Of a stretch of 64,000 nt of DNA, positions 56,764-64,000 are shown piece after piece. Origin of the DNA: an uncultured Actinomycetota bacterium. Its GTDB lineage: Bacteria > Actinomycetota > Actinomycetes > JAHEKZ01. The first letter of the stretch is position 1. Each line of letters starts with the position of its first letter. The translations under genes were made by a program, and so were the position numbers. The notes under the pieces are model-generated. The model was given only the letters and a program-made list of their open reading frames with translations. It was not told the DNA's origin and did not search any database. The stretch is from the NCBI GenBank assembly GCA_963718235.1, contig CAVQYR010000002.1, positions 384,001 to 448,000 on the forward strand, in the 5' to 3' direction.

Positions 56764-58131
56764 ATGACTGCCGTGCACGACGTGATCAACCCTGCCACCG
56801 AGCAGGTGGTCACCACCGTCGAGCTGGCCGACCTGGCGGTCACTGACGACGCCATCGAGCGTGCTGCTCGGGCGTTCGAGTCCTGGCGACACGTGGCACC
56901 GGGTGACCGGGCGCGGCTGCTTCGCTCGTTCGCCGACGTCGTCGATGCCCACCGCGAGGAGCTCGCCGCGCTCGAGGTGGCCAACGCCGGCCACACGATC
57001 GGCAACGCGCGCTGGGAGGCGGGCAACGTCCGCGACGTGCTCATGTACTACTCCGCTGCTCCGGAGCGGCTCTTCGGTCGCCAGATCCCGGTGGCCGGCG
57101 GGGTCGACATCACCTTCCGCGAGCCGATGGGCGTCGTGGGCGTCATCGTCCCGTGGAACTTCCCGATGCCGATCGCCGGATGGGGCTTCGCGCCCGCTCT
57201 GGCCGCGGGCAACACCGTCGTGCTGAAGCCGGCCGAGCTCACCCCGCTCACTGCGATCCGGCTGGGCGAGCTCGCGCTCGAGGCCGGGCTCCCGCCCGAC
57301 GTCTTCGTCGTGGTCCCCGGCAAGGGCTCGGTGGTCGGTGAGCGGTTCGTCACCCACCCCGCGGTGCGCAAGCTCGTCTTCACCGGGTCCACCGAGGTCG
57401 GCAAGCGGGTGATGGCCGGTGCTGCCGACCAGGTCAAGCGGGTCACCCTCGAGCTGGGCGGCAAGAGCGCCAACATCATCTTCGCCGACAGCGACCTGGA
57501 GAAGGCGGCGGCGACGGCACCGTACGGCGTCTTCGACAATGCGGGGCAGGACTGTTGCGCCCGGTCACGCATCCTGGTCCAGCGCAGCGTCTACGACCGG
57601 TTCATGGAGCTCCTGGAGCCGGCTGTGCAGGGGGTGCGCGTCGGCGACCCGACCGACGAGTCGACCGAGATGGGGCCGCTGATCTCCAGGGGCCAGTGGG
57701 AGACCGTCAGCGGCTACGTTCCCGACGATGCGGAGGTCGCCTTTCGCGGTTCCTGCCCGTCCGGGCCCGGTTTCTGGTTTCCTCCAACGGTGCTCACCCC
57801 GTCCGGACCTGCTGACCGAGCGTACCGGGAGGAGATCTTCGGACCGGTGGTCTCCGTCCTGGCGTTCGAGGACGAGGTCGAGGCCGTCACCTTGGCCAAC
57901 GACGGCCCGTACGGGCTGTCCGGGTCGATCTGGACGTCCGACGTCGGGCGGGCCCTGCGGGTCTCTCGGGCGGTCGAGACCGGCGCGTTGTCCGTGAACT
58001 CACACTCGTCGGTTCGATACTGGACGCCGTTCGGTGGTTACAAGCAGTCCGGCCTGGGCCGTGAGCTCGGCCCGGACGCGCTCGAGGCGTTCACCGAGGT
58101 CAAGAACGTCTTCATCGCGACGGAGGGTTGA
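56764..58131 (+). CDS. Aldehyde dehydrogenase
   Basis: PWNFP, LKPAE, FTGST, LELGGKS, GQDCC, EEIFGP, PFGGYKQSG. Confidence 0.95.
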   Translation: MTAVHDVINPATEQVVTTVELADLAVTDDAIERAARAFESWRHVAPGDRARLLRSFADVVDAHREELAALEVANAGHTIGNARWEAGNVRDVLMYYSAAPERLFGRQIPVAGGVDITFREPMGVVGVIVPWNFPMPIAGWGFAPALAAGNTVVLKPAELTPLTAIRLGELALEAGLPPDVFVVVPGKGSVVGERFVTHPAVRKLVFTGSTEVGKRVMAGAADQVKRVTLELGGKSANIIFADSDLEKAAATAPYGVFDNAGQDCCARSRILVQRSVYDRFMELLEPAVQGVRVGDPTDESTEMGPLISRGQWETVSGYVPDDAEVAFRGSCPSGPGFWFPPTVLTPSGPADRAYREEIFGPVVSVLAFEDEVEAVTLANDGPYGLSGSIWTSDVGRALRVSRAVETGALSVNSHSSVRYWTPFGGYKQSGLGRELGPDALEAFTEVKNVFIATEG

Positions 58132-58134
58132 TCC

Positions 58135-58899
58135 GTGGAACGGTTGCAGGGACGAGTAGCGGTCGTCACCGGTGGCGCCAGTGGGATCGGTCTGGCCTCG
58201 GCGCGCCGACTGGCCGCAGAGGGCGCCCACGTCGTGGTCGTCGACATGAACGACGAGGCGGGGCGCACCGCTGCCGACGAGGTCGGTGGCCGGTACGTGA
58301 GGGCCGACGTGACCAGCCCTGAGGACAACGAGCGCATGTACGCCCAAGCGTTCGAGGCGTACGGCCGGGTCGACATCGCCTTCCACAACGCGGGGATCTC
58401 GCCTCCCGACGACGACTCGATCTTGACGACCGGGCTCGATGCGTGGCGCCGGGTGCAGGAGGTCAACCTCACCTCGGTGTACCTGGGGTGCAAGGCGGTG
58501 ATCCCCTACATGCAGCGCGCGGGCAAGGGGTCGATCATCAACACCGCTTCCTTCGTGGCCACTCTCGGCGCCGCGACGTCGCAGATCTCCTACACCGCCA
58601 GCAAGGGCGGGGTGCTGGCGATGTCCCGAGAGCTCGGCGTCCAGTTCGCCCGTGAGGGCATCCGGGTGAACGCGCTGTCGCCCGGCCCCGTGGCCACGCC
58701 GTTGCTGCTGGAGCTGTTCGCCAAGGACCCGGAGCGGGCCCAGCGACGTCTCGTGCACGTCCCGATGGGACGCTTCGGCGAGCCCGAGGAGCTGGCGGCG
58801 GCGGTCGCGTTCCTGGCCAGTGACGACGCCTCGTTCATCACGGCGTCGAACTTCCTGGTTGACGGTGGGATCTCGGGGGCTTACGTCACGCCCCTGTAG
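58135..58899 (+). CDS. SDR family oxidoreductase
   Basis: VTGGASGIG, HNAGISPPDD, YTASKGG, LVDGG. Confidence 0.93.
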   Translation: MERLQGRVAVVTGGASGIGLASARRLAAEGAHVVVVDMNDEAGRTAADEVGGRYVRADVTSPEDNERMYAQAFEAYGRVDIAFHNAGISPPDDDSILTTGLDAWRRVQEVNLTSVYLGCKAVIPYMQRAGKGSIINTASFVATLGAATSQISYTASKGGVLAMSRELGVQFAREGIRVNALSPGPVATPLLLELFAKDPERAQRRLVHVPMGRFGEPEELAAAVAFLASDDASFITASNFLVDGGISGAYVTPL

Positions 58900-58910
58900 C
58901 CACCCCACGA

Positions 58911-58965
58911 GACGGCCCTCCCTGCTTCGCATCCCCCCTCGAGGCAGGGAGGGTCCTCGTCTTTC
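58911..58965 (+). terminator. Intrinsic terminator-like hairpin after the SDR gene
   Basis: GGCCCTCCCTGCTTCG / CGAGGCAGGGAGGGTC stem followed by CTTT. Confidence 0.6.
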
Positions 58966-59087
58966 CCCACCGGGTAAACCGTTCGGACCCCGCCGTGCGA
59001 CATCACGGTGAGACGAACACGCGGGCGGGACAGCGTCTGACCACATCGGTCGGCGTGCTCACTCGCCAACCAACGAGGGAGACAGCT

Positions 59088-59723
59088 ATGCAACGCAGTC
59101 GAATCGTGTCCTTGGGGGCGACGCTCGCCCTGAGCATCGTCAGCCTCGCGCTGGGGGTCGGCTCGGCCTCGGCGACCAGCAGCGGCGGAGGTCAGGTCTA
59201 CCAGCCACCGACGAGGAACACGGGCACCTACTCGTTCGACCCGGAGTGTGCGGGACAACACCTGGTCGTGCGTGGCAAGTACGACAACGTCGATACGACC
59301 TTCAACCTTCCGGGTTCCAACGGCCAGGCGTTCCTGGCCAAGCAGCGGTACAGCTGGAGCGAGCGCTGGGTCGACAAGCGCTCCGGGGACAAGTTCTACG
59401 TCTGGGGACGAGGCCTGTTCCGCGAGACCTCGGGCACGTACGTCCCGAAGTCCGACGTGCCGGCCGACCTGGTCCCCCCGGAGGGCCTGGTGGGGCCGGT
59501 GTACCGGTTCACCTCCCGTGACACGGGCCGGCTCACCGTCGGTGACGGTCAGGGCCACGTGCTGCGGGACCGGGGCACCATCGTGGCCGAGCTCCTGTTC
59601 GACACTCTGGGTGACGGCCAGCCGGGTGGGACCGGTCTCGACTACCAGATCGTCAAGGTGATCGGCCCGCACCCGAGCCTGGACGTCGACTTCTGCGACC
59701 TCGCTGCCGACCTGCTCGACTGA
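59088..59723 (+). CDS. Secreted hypothetical protein
   Basis: GAGGGAG RBS; signal peptide ending in ASA; beta-rich mature region with two Cys. Confidence 0.75.
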   Translation: MQRSRIVSLGATLALSIVSLALGVGSASATSSGGGQVYQPPTRNTGTYSFDPECAGQHLVVRGKYDNVDTTFNLPGSNGQAFLAKQRYSWSERWVDKRSGDKFYVWGRGLFRETSGTYVPKSDVPADLVPPEGLVGPVYRFTSRDTGRLTVGDGQGHVLRDRGTIVAELLFDTLGDGQPGGTGLDYQIVKVIGPHPSLDVDFCDLAADLLD

Positions 59724-59759
59724 CCACACGATCGGGCGAGAGCTCGACACCCGGTCAAG

Positions 59760-59800
59760 AGATGAGGACGGCGCCCACGACGTGGGCGCCGTCCTCATCT
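59760..59800. terminator. Perfect 20-bp inverted repeat
   Basis: AGATGAGGACGGCGCCCACG-A-CGTGGGCGCCGTCCTCATCT, 36 nt downstream of the secreted protein gene. Confidence 0.65.
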
Positions 59801-59881
59801 GCGCGGTACCGCTCCGGGTTCGTGCATGATGGCGGCGTTGGTGTCCGATGCCCTGTCGAGTCGTGGAGGTACGGCGCACCC

Positions 59882-60280
59882 GTGACGACGACCCCGAAGA
59901 GCACCGCCGGCCTGGTCGTGTACGCCAAGGACGAGCAACGAGTGGCGGCGTTCTACGCCGCGCTGCTCGGCGTCGATCCCACGGAGGTGACGCCGGACTT
60001 CGTCGTGCTCGAGTCCGACGCCCTCCAGCTCGTGGTCGTGCGGATGCCGGCCGAGATCGTTGCGTCGGTCGAGGTCACCGATCCGCCGTCCGTGCGCGAG
60101 GACACTGCACTGAAACCGGTGTTCGTCGTCGGCGACCTTGACGTCGCGCGCGCTGCTGCGGCTGCGGCCGGAGGCGGGATCAAGCCGGTCGAGGCCGAGT
60201 GGCGCTGGGGTGACGGCACAGTCGTCGACGGTTTCGACCCAGAAGGAAACGTCCTGCAGGTCAGGCGCAACGACACCTGA
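59882..60280 (+). CDS. VOC/glyoxalase family protein
   Basis: VVYAKD..RVAAFY...KPVFVV.DLD.AR...DGFDPEGNVLQ. Confidence 0.82.
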   Translation: MTTTPKSTAGLVVYAKDEQRVAAFYAALLGVDPTEVTPDFVVLESDALQLVVVRMPAEIVASVEVTDPPSVREDTALKPVFVVGDLDVARAAAAAAGGGIKPVEAEWRWGDGTVVDGFDPEGNVLQVRRNDT

Positions 60281-60322
60281 TCCGACGCGTCACGGAGCCT
60301 TTGCGCAGGTGCTGCCGCAGCC

Positions 60323-61027
60323 TCAACGCGCGACTGCGGCCTGCTCGACGAGGGCCTCGAACAGGCGCAGGTCGTCGAGGGCCTCGGGGTGCCACTGCAC
60401 GCCGAGGGCGAAGCGCTTCGTGGGCAGCTCGAGCACCTCGATCGTGCCGTCGTCGGCACGGCCGGTGACGGTGAGCGCGCCCGGGTCGTCTACCCCCTGG
60501 TGGTGGTAGCTGTTGACCGTGAGCTGCGCGCCCAGCAACGACGAGGCCAGCGACCCGGGCTGGAGGTGCACCTGGTGCTCGCTGAACACCCCGGTGCCCC
60601 CTCGGTGGCGGTCCTCCCCGTGCAGGTCGGGCAGGTGCTGGACCAGCGTGCCGCCGGCCTGCACGGCCATCACCTGCATGCCCCGGCAGATTCCGAGGAC
60701 GGGCACGTCCTGGCGCAACGCCTCGTCGAGCAGGGCGAACTCTGCCTCGTCGCGGTCGCGCCGGACGACGACCTCCGGGTGGGGGTCGGCGCCGAAGCGG
60801 GCCGGGTCGACGTCGGGGCCGCCAGCCAGCAGGAGTCCGTCGAGGACGTCCAGGAGCTGGGGGTCCAGCGCGGACGCGTGCGGGACGACGAGGGCCAGGC
60901 CTCCCGCTGCCTCGACCTGCGTGGCGTACCGCTCGGGGACGAGGACGGCGCGCATGTCCCACACGCCCCATCGGGCCTGGTCCGCGTAGGCACTGATGCC
61001 GATCACCGGACGACGCGTGGTGGTCAC
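60323..61027 (-). CDS. Gamma-glutamyl amide hydrolase (PuuD-like, peptidase C26)
   Basis: RPVIGIS, DGLLLAGGPDVDP, LGICRGMQ, NSYHHQG, GVQWHPE. Confidence 0.92.
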   Translation of the reverse strand: MTTTRRPVIGISAYADQARWGVWDMRAVLVPERYATQVEAAGGLALVVPHASALDPQLLDVLDGLLLAGGPDVDPARFGADPHPEVVVRRDRDEAEFALLDEALRQDVPVLGICRGMQVMAVQAGGTLVQHLPDLHGEDRHRGGTGVFSEHQVHLQPGSLASSLLGAQLTVNSYHHQGVDDPGALTVTGRADDGTIEVLELPTKRFALGVQWHPEALDDLRLFEALVEQAAVAR

Positions 61028-61137
61028 GTGAGCCAGCGTGGCACACCCGTTGTCCAGCATGCGGACCATCCGGTGAGGAATGCCGAGACGTACGGCACAG
61101 TTGAGCCAGCGAGTCGTCTACCCACGCTGGAGCCCAC

Positions 61138-62349
61138 GTGTCTGCCGCACCTGTCGCGAACGCCCTGCCGCCGCTCGTCGAGCCGGCCGCCGACCTGTCG
61201 GTGCAGGAGGTCATGCGCTACAGCCGGCACATCATCATCCCCGAGGTGGCGATGGCCGGCCAGAAGCGGCTCAAGAACGCCCGGGTGCTCGCGATCGGTG
61301 CCGGCGGTCTGGGTTCTCCGGTTCTGGTGTACCTCGCTGCGGCCGGGGTCGGCACACTCGGTGTCGCCGAGTTCGACGTCGTCGACGAGTCGAACCTCCA
61401 GCGCCAGATCATCCACGGGCAAAGCGACGTCGGCCGGTCGAAGGCTGAGTCGGCGCGCGACTCGATCAAGGAGATCAACCCCTACATCGACGTCGTGCTG
61501 CACGAGCAGCGGCTCGACTCGTCCAACGTGATGGAGATCTTCGCCCAGTACGACCTGATCGTCGACGGCACCGACAACTTCGCGACCCGCTATCTCGTCA
61601 ACGATGCGGCGGTCCTGCTCGGCAAGCCCTACGTGTGGGGCTCGATCTTCCGGTTCGACGGGCAGGTCAGCGTGTTCTGGGCCGACCACGGTCCGTGCTA
61701 CCGCTGCCTCTACCCGGAGCCTCCGCCTCCCGGGATGGTGCCGTCGTGCGCCGAGGGCGGCGTGCTCGGGGTCATGGCCGGCACGGTCGGCACGCTCCAG
61801 GCCAACGAGGCGGTCAAGCTGATCACCGGTGTGGGCGAGCCGTTGCTGGGCACGCTGATGGTCTATGACGCCCTGGAGAGCTCGTTCCGCAAGGTGCGGA
61901 TCCGCAAGGACCCGGCGTGTGCCGTTTGCGGCGAGAACCCCAGTGTCACCGAGCTGATCGACTACGAGGCCTTCTGCGGCACGATCTCCGCGGAGGCGGC
62001 CGAAGCGGCGAAGGACTCCACCATCTCGGTGCTCGAGCTGAAGGAGAAGCTCGAGCGGCGCGAACGCGGCGAGGAGGACTTCGTCCTGATCGACGTCCGC
62101 GAGCCCGCGGAGTACGAGATCGTGTCGATCCCGGGTGCAGTGCTCATCCCGAAGAACGAGTTCCTGATGGGCGACGCGCTGTCACAGCTGCCGCAGGACA
62201 AGCCGATCGTGCTGCACTGCAAGGTGGGTGGACGCTCGGCTGAGGTGCTCGCGGTCGTGAAGAGCGCCGGGTTCAGCGACGCGGTGCACGTGGGTGGCGG
62301 CGTCGTGGCCTGGGTCAGCCAGGTCGAGCCGGACAAGCCCAGCTACTGA
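61138..62349 (+). CDS. moeZ: Adenylyltransferase/sulfurtransferase MoeZ
   Basis: RYSRH, IGAGGLG, SNLQRQ, DGTDNF, CYRC, SCAEGGVLG; C-terminal rhodanese domain CKVGGRS. Confidence 0.94.
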   Translation: MSAAPVANALPPLVEPAADLSVQEVMRYSRHIIIPEVAMAGQKRLKNARVLAIGAGGLGSPVLVYLAAAGVGTLGVAEFDVVDESNLQRQIIHGQSDVGRSKAESARDSIKEINPYIDVVLHEQRLDSSNVMEIFAQYDLIVDGTDNFATRYLVNDAAVLLGKPYVWGSIFRFDGQVSVFWADHGPCYRCLYPEPPPPGMVPSCAEGGVLGVMAGTVGTLQANEAVKLITGVGEPLLGTLMVYDALESSFRKVRIRKDPACAVCGENPSVTELIDYEAFCGTISAEAAEAAKDSTISVLELKEKLERRERGEEDFVLIDVREPAEYEIVSIPGAVLIPKNEFLMGDALSQLPQDKPIVLHCKVGGRSAEVLAVVKSAGFSDAVHVGGGVVAWVSQVEPDKPSY

Positions 62350-62405
62350 GCCAGGTCCGCAGCCGATCGGTGCGCGCCACTGGTTCGATCTGCCAGAGTT
62401 CCCTC

Positions 62406-62810
62406 GTGACCGTTCGCTGGCAGTGCGTGTGTGTCGACTCGGTGGACCCCCGAGCCCTGGCCGACTTCTGGGAGCCGGTTCTGGGCTGGCGGCGCACCTT
62501 CGACGACGACCAGGAGGTCGTGCTCGAGCCGCCGGTCGGCAGCCCGGAGGAGGGTGTGTCGCCCGACCTGCTCTTCCTGCGCGTGCCCGAGGCCAAGTCG
62601 ACCAAGAACCGGCTGCACCTCGACCTTCGTCCCGACGACCAGGCGGCGGAGGTCGCCCGGATCGAGGCGCTCGGCGCCCGCCGGGTCGACGTGGGGCAGG
62701 TGGGCGACGAGTCGTGGGTGGTGCTCGCCGACCCCGAGGGCAACGAGTTCTGCGTCCTGCGCGCTCTGACATCCGCGGATGCGGTGTACGAGGGACCGGC
62801 GTCGGGCTGA
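62406..62810 (+). CDS. VOC family protein (glyoxalase-like)
   Basis: DPRALADFW..VLGW, VPEAKSTKNRLHLDL, VLADPEGNEFC. Confidence 0.9.
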   Translation: MTVRWQCVCVDSVDPRALADFWEPVLGWRRTFDDDQEVVLEPPVGSPEEGVSPDLLFLRVPEAKSTKNRLHLDLRPDDQAAEVARIEALGARRVDVGQVGDESWVVLADPEGNEFCVLRALTSADAVYEGPASG

Positions 62811-62817
62811 CGTCCCC

Positions 62818-64000
62818 TCAGAGCGCGTTGCGCCGCTGCAGGAGGTTGAACGACAGCCAGCCCGGGATGATCGGGATCCAGAACGTGCAGGCTCGGAACA
62901 GCAGTGCGGCCTGCACGGCCGTGGAGCCGTCCAGCCCTGCCGCGGTCAGACCCGCAGCCAGCGCTGCCTCGACCGCGCCGATCCCGCCCGGGGTGGGGGC
63001 GGCCGAGCCGATGGCTCCGGCCGCCAGGTACACGAATCCGACCGTGGCGAAGCCCAGTGTTCCCCCGTACGCCGCCTGGGCCGACCAGAGCGCTGCCGAG
63101 TAGGCGAGGTTGAGGGCGAGCGCTCCGAGCAGGCCGACCACGATCCGCCGAGGTTGACGCAGCATCGACAGGAGGCGGGGCAGGGTCCGCTCCACGAGTG
63201 GGCGCAGCCGCTCGAGCATGGCCCGTCGCGTGCGGGGGATGCCGAACAGCAGGGCTCCGATCAGGGCCAAGGTCACCACCACGAGGATCACCGTGCGCCC
63301 GGGGACGAGTGCCGTGTCCTGCTGCTGGGTGGTGAAGAACCCGAACCCGACGATGAGGAACAGGTACGAGCCGAAGACGACGATCTGCGAGACCCCGACG
63401 CTGGCCAGGGCCAGCGACGGCGCGGCGCCGGCCTGCTGGATGTAGCGCGTGTTGGTCCCGACGGTCCCGACCGCCGGTGGAGCGACGAGTGACACGAAGG
63501 TCGCGGCGAACTGGACCATCAACGTGCGCAGCCACACGAGAGGGACTGGGGAGAAGCTGGTGATCACCAAGGACGCGCCGAGGTAGGTGACGACCGAGAA
63601 CAGCAGCGCGACGAAGAACCAGGTGCCGCTCGCCTCGGTGAACAGGGACACGAGGTCGACGTCACCCAGCTGGCCGAGCAGCAGGAACACGGCCAGGCCG
63701 AAGGCGAGGAAGCTCATGATGGTGCGCGGGCGAAGCCGTTCGAGCCGCACCGGCTCGGTCGGCGCGGTCGGCGACGCGGCGATGACCGCGTCGCGCAGGT
63801 CGGCCAGCAGCCCACGGTGCTCCTTGAGTGCCGAGCGCGTGGTGCGGCTCAAGGCGATCGGCTGGAGCAGCGGCAGTGCCTCGCCAAGTCGTTTGGGGGT
63901 CAGCTCGCGGAGGGCGGCGTCGACCGCCCGCTGCGGCCCGAGGAGTGCGGCCGTGGTGACCAGCATCTCGGCGTCGTCGATCCGCAGGGTGAGCGGCTCG
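62818..64000 (-). CDS. Lysylphosphatidylglycerol-synthase-TM (flippase-like) membrane protein, 5' end outside the window
   Basis: Multiple TM segments; APTPGGIGAVEAAL and LFRACTFWIP motifs. Confidence 0.85.
   Translation of the reverse strand, partial: EPLTLRIDDAEMLVTTAALLGPQRAVDAALRELTPKRLGEALPLLQPIALSRTTRSALKEHRGLLADLRDAVIAASPTAPTEPVRLERLRPRTIMSFLAFGLAVFLLLGQLGDVDLVSLFTEASGTWFFVALLFSVVTYLGASLVITSFSPVPLVWLRTLMVQFAATFVSLVAPPAVGTVGTNTRYIQQAGAAPSLALASVGVSQIVVFGSYLFLIVGFGFFTTQQQDTALVPGRTVILVVVTLALIGALLFGIPRTRRAMLERLRPLVERTLPRLLSMLRQPRRIVVGLLGALALNLAYSAALWSAQAAYGGTLGFATVGFVYLAAGAIGSAAPTPGGIGAVEAALAAGLTAAGLDGSTAVQAALLFRACTFWIPIIPGWLSFNLLQRRNAL

Overview
High-GC actinobacterial chromosomal segment. 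It is mostly conserved core synteny: pgi, fdxA-dapC, dapD/dapE, LOG, folP, DUF3117, pepA, O-methyltransferase/sigE-anti-sigma-htrA-tatB, mrp, DUF1003-MgtE-like, ParA, DEAD-box helicase, ferritin-like, DUF3107, TetR and moeZ. Accessory genes are interleaved. I saw no rRNA, tRNA, CRISPR array, transposase or prophage. One clear TPP riboswitch controls a YkoEDC-type ECF transporter. The most notable items are: (i) a choline/ethanolamine kinase and a dimethylglycine-dehydrogenase-like enzyme joined to a GlnA4-type gamma-glutamylation cluster, a candidate N-methyl-ethanolamine/choline catabolic route; (ii) scattered lower ethylmalonyl-CoA-pathway-like genes; (iii) two tiny bidirectional leaderless promoters and two probable non-canonical start codons (ATT, CTG); (iv) three single-base frameshifts, one of which creates an apparent hydrolase-LysA fusion and all of which may be sequencing errors; (v) an unlisted 57-aa acidic ORF. 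All product calls come from recognising motifs by eye; no database search was run.
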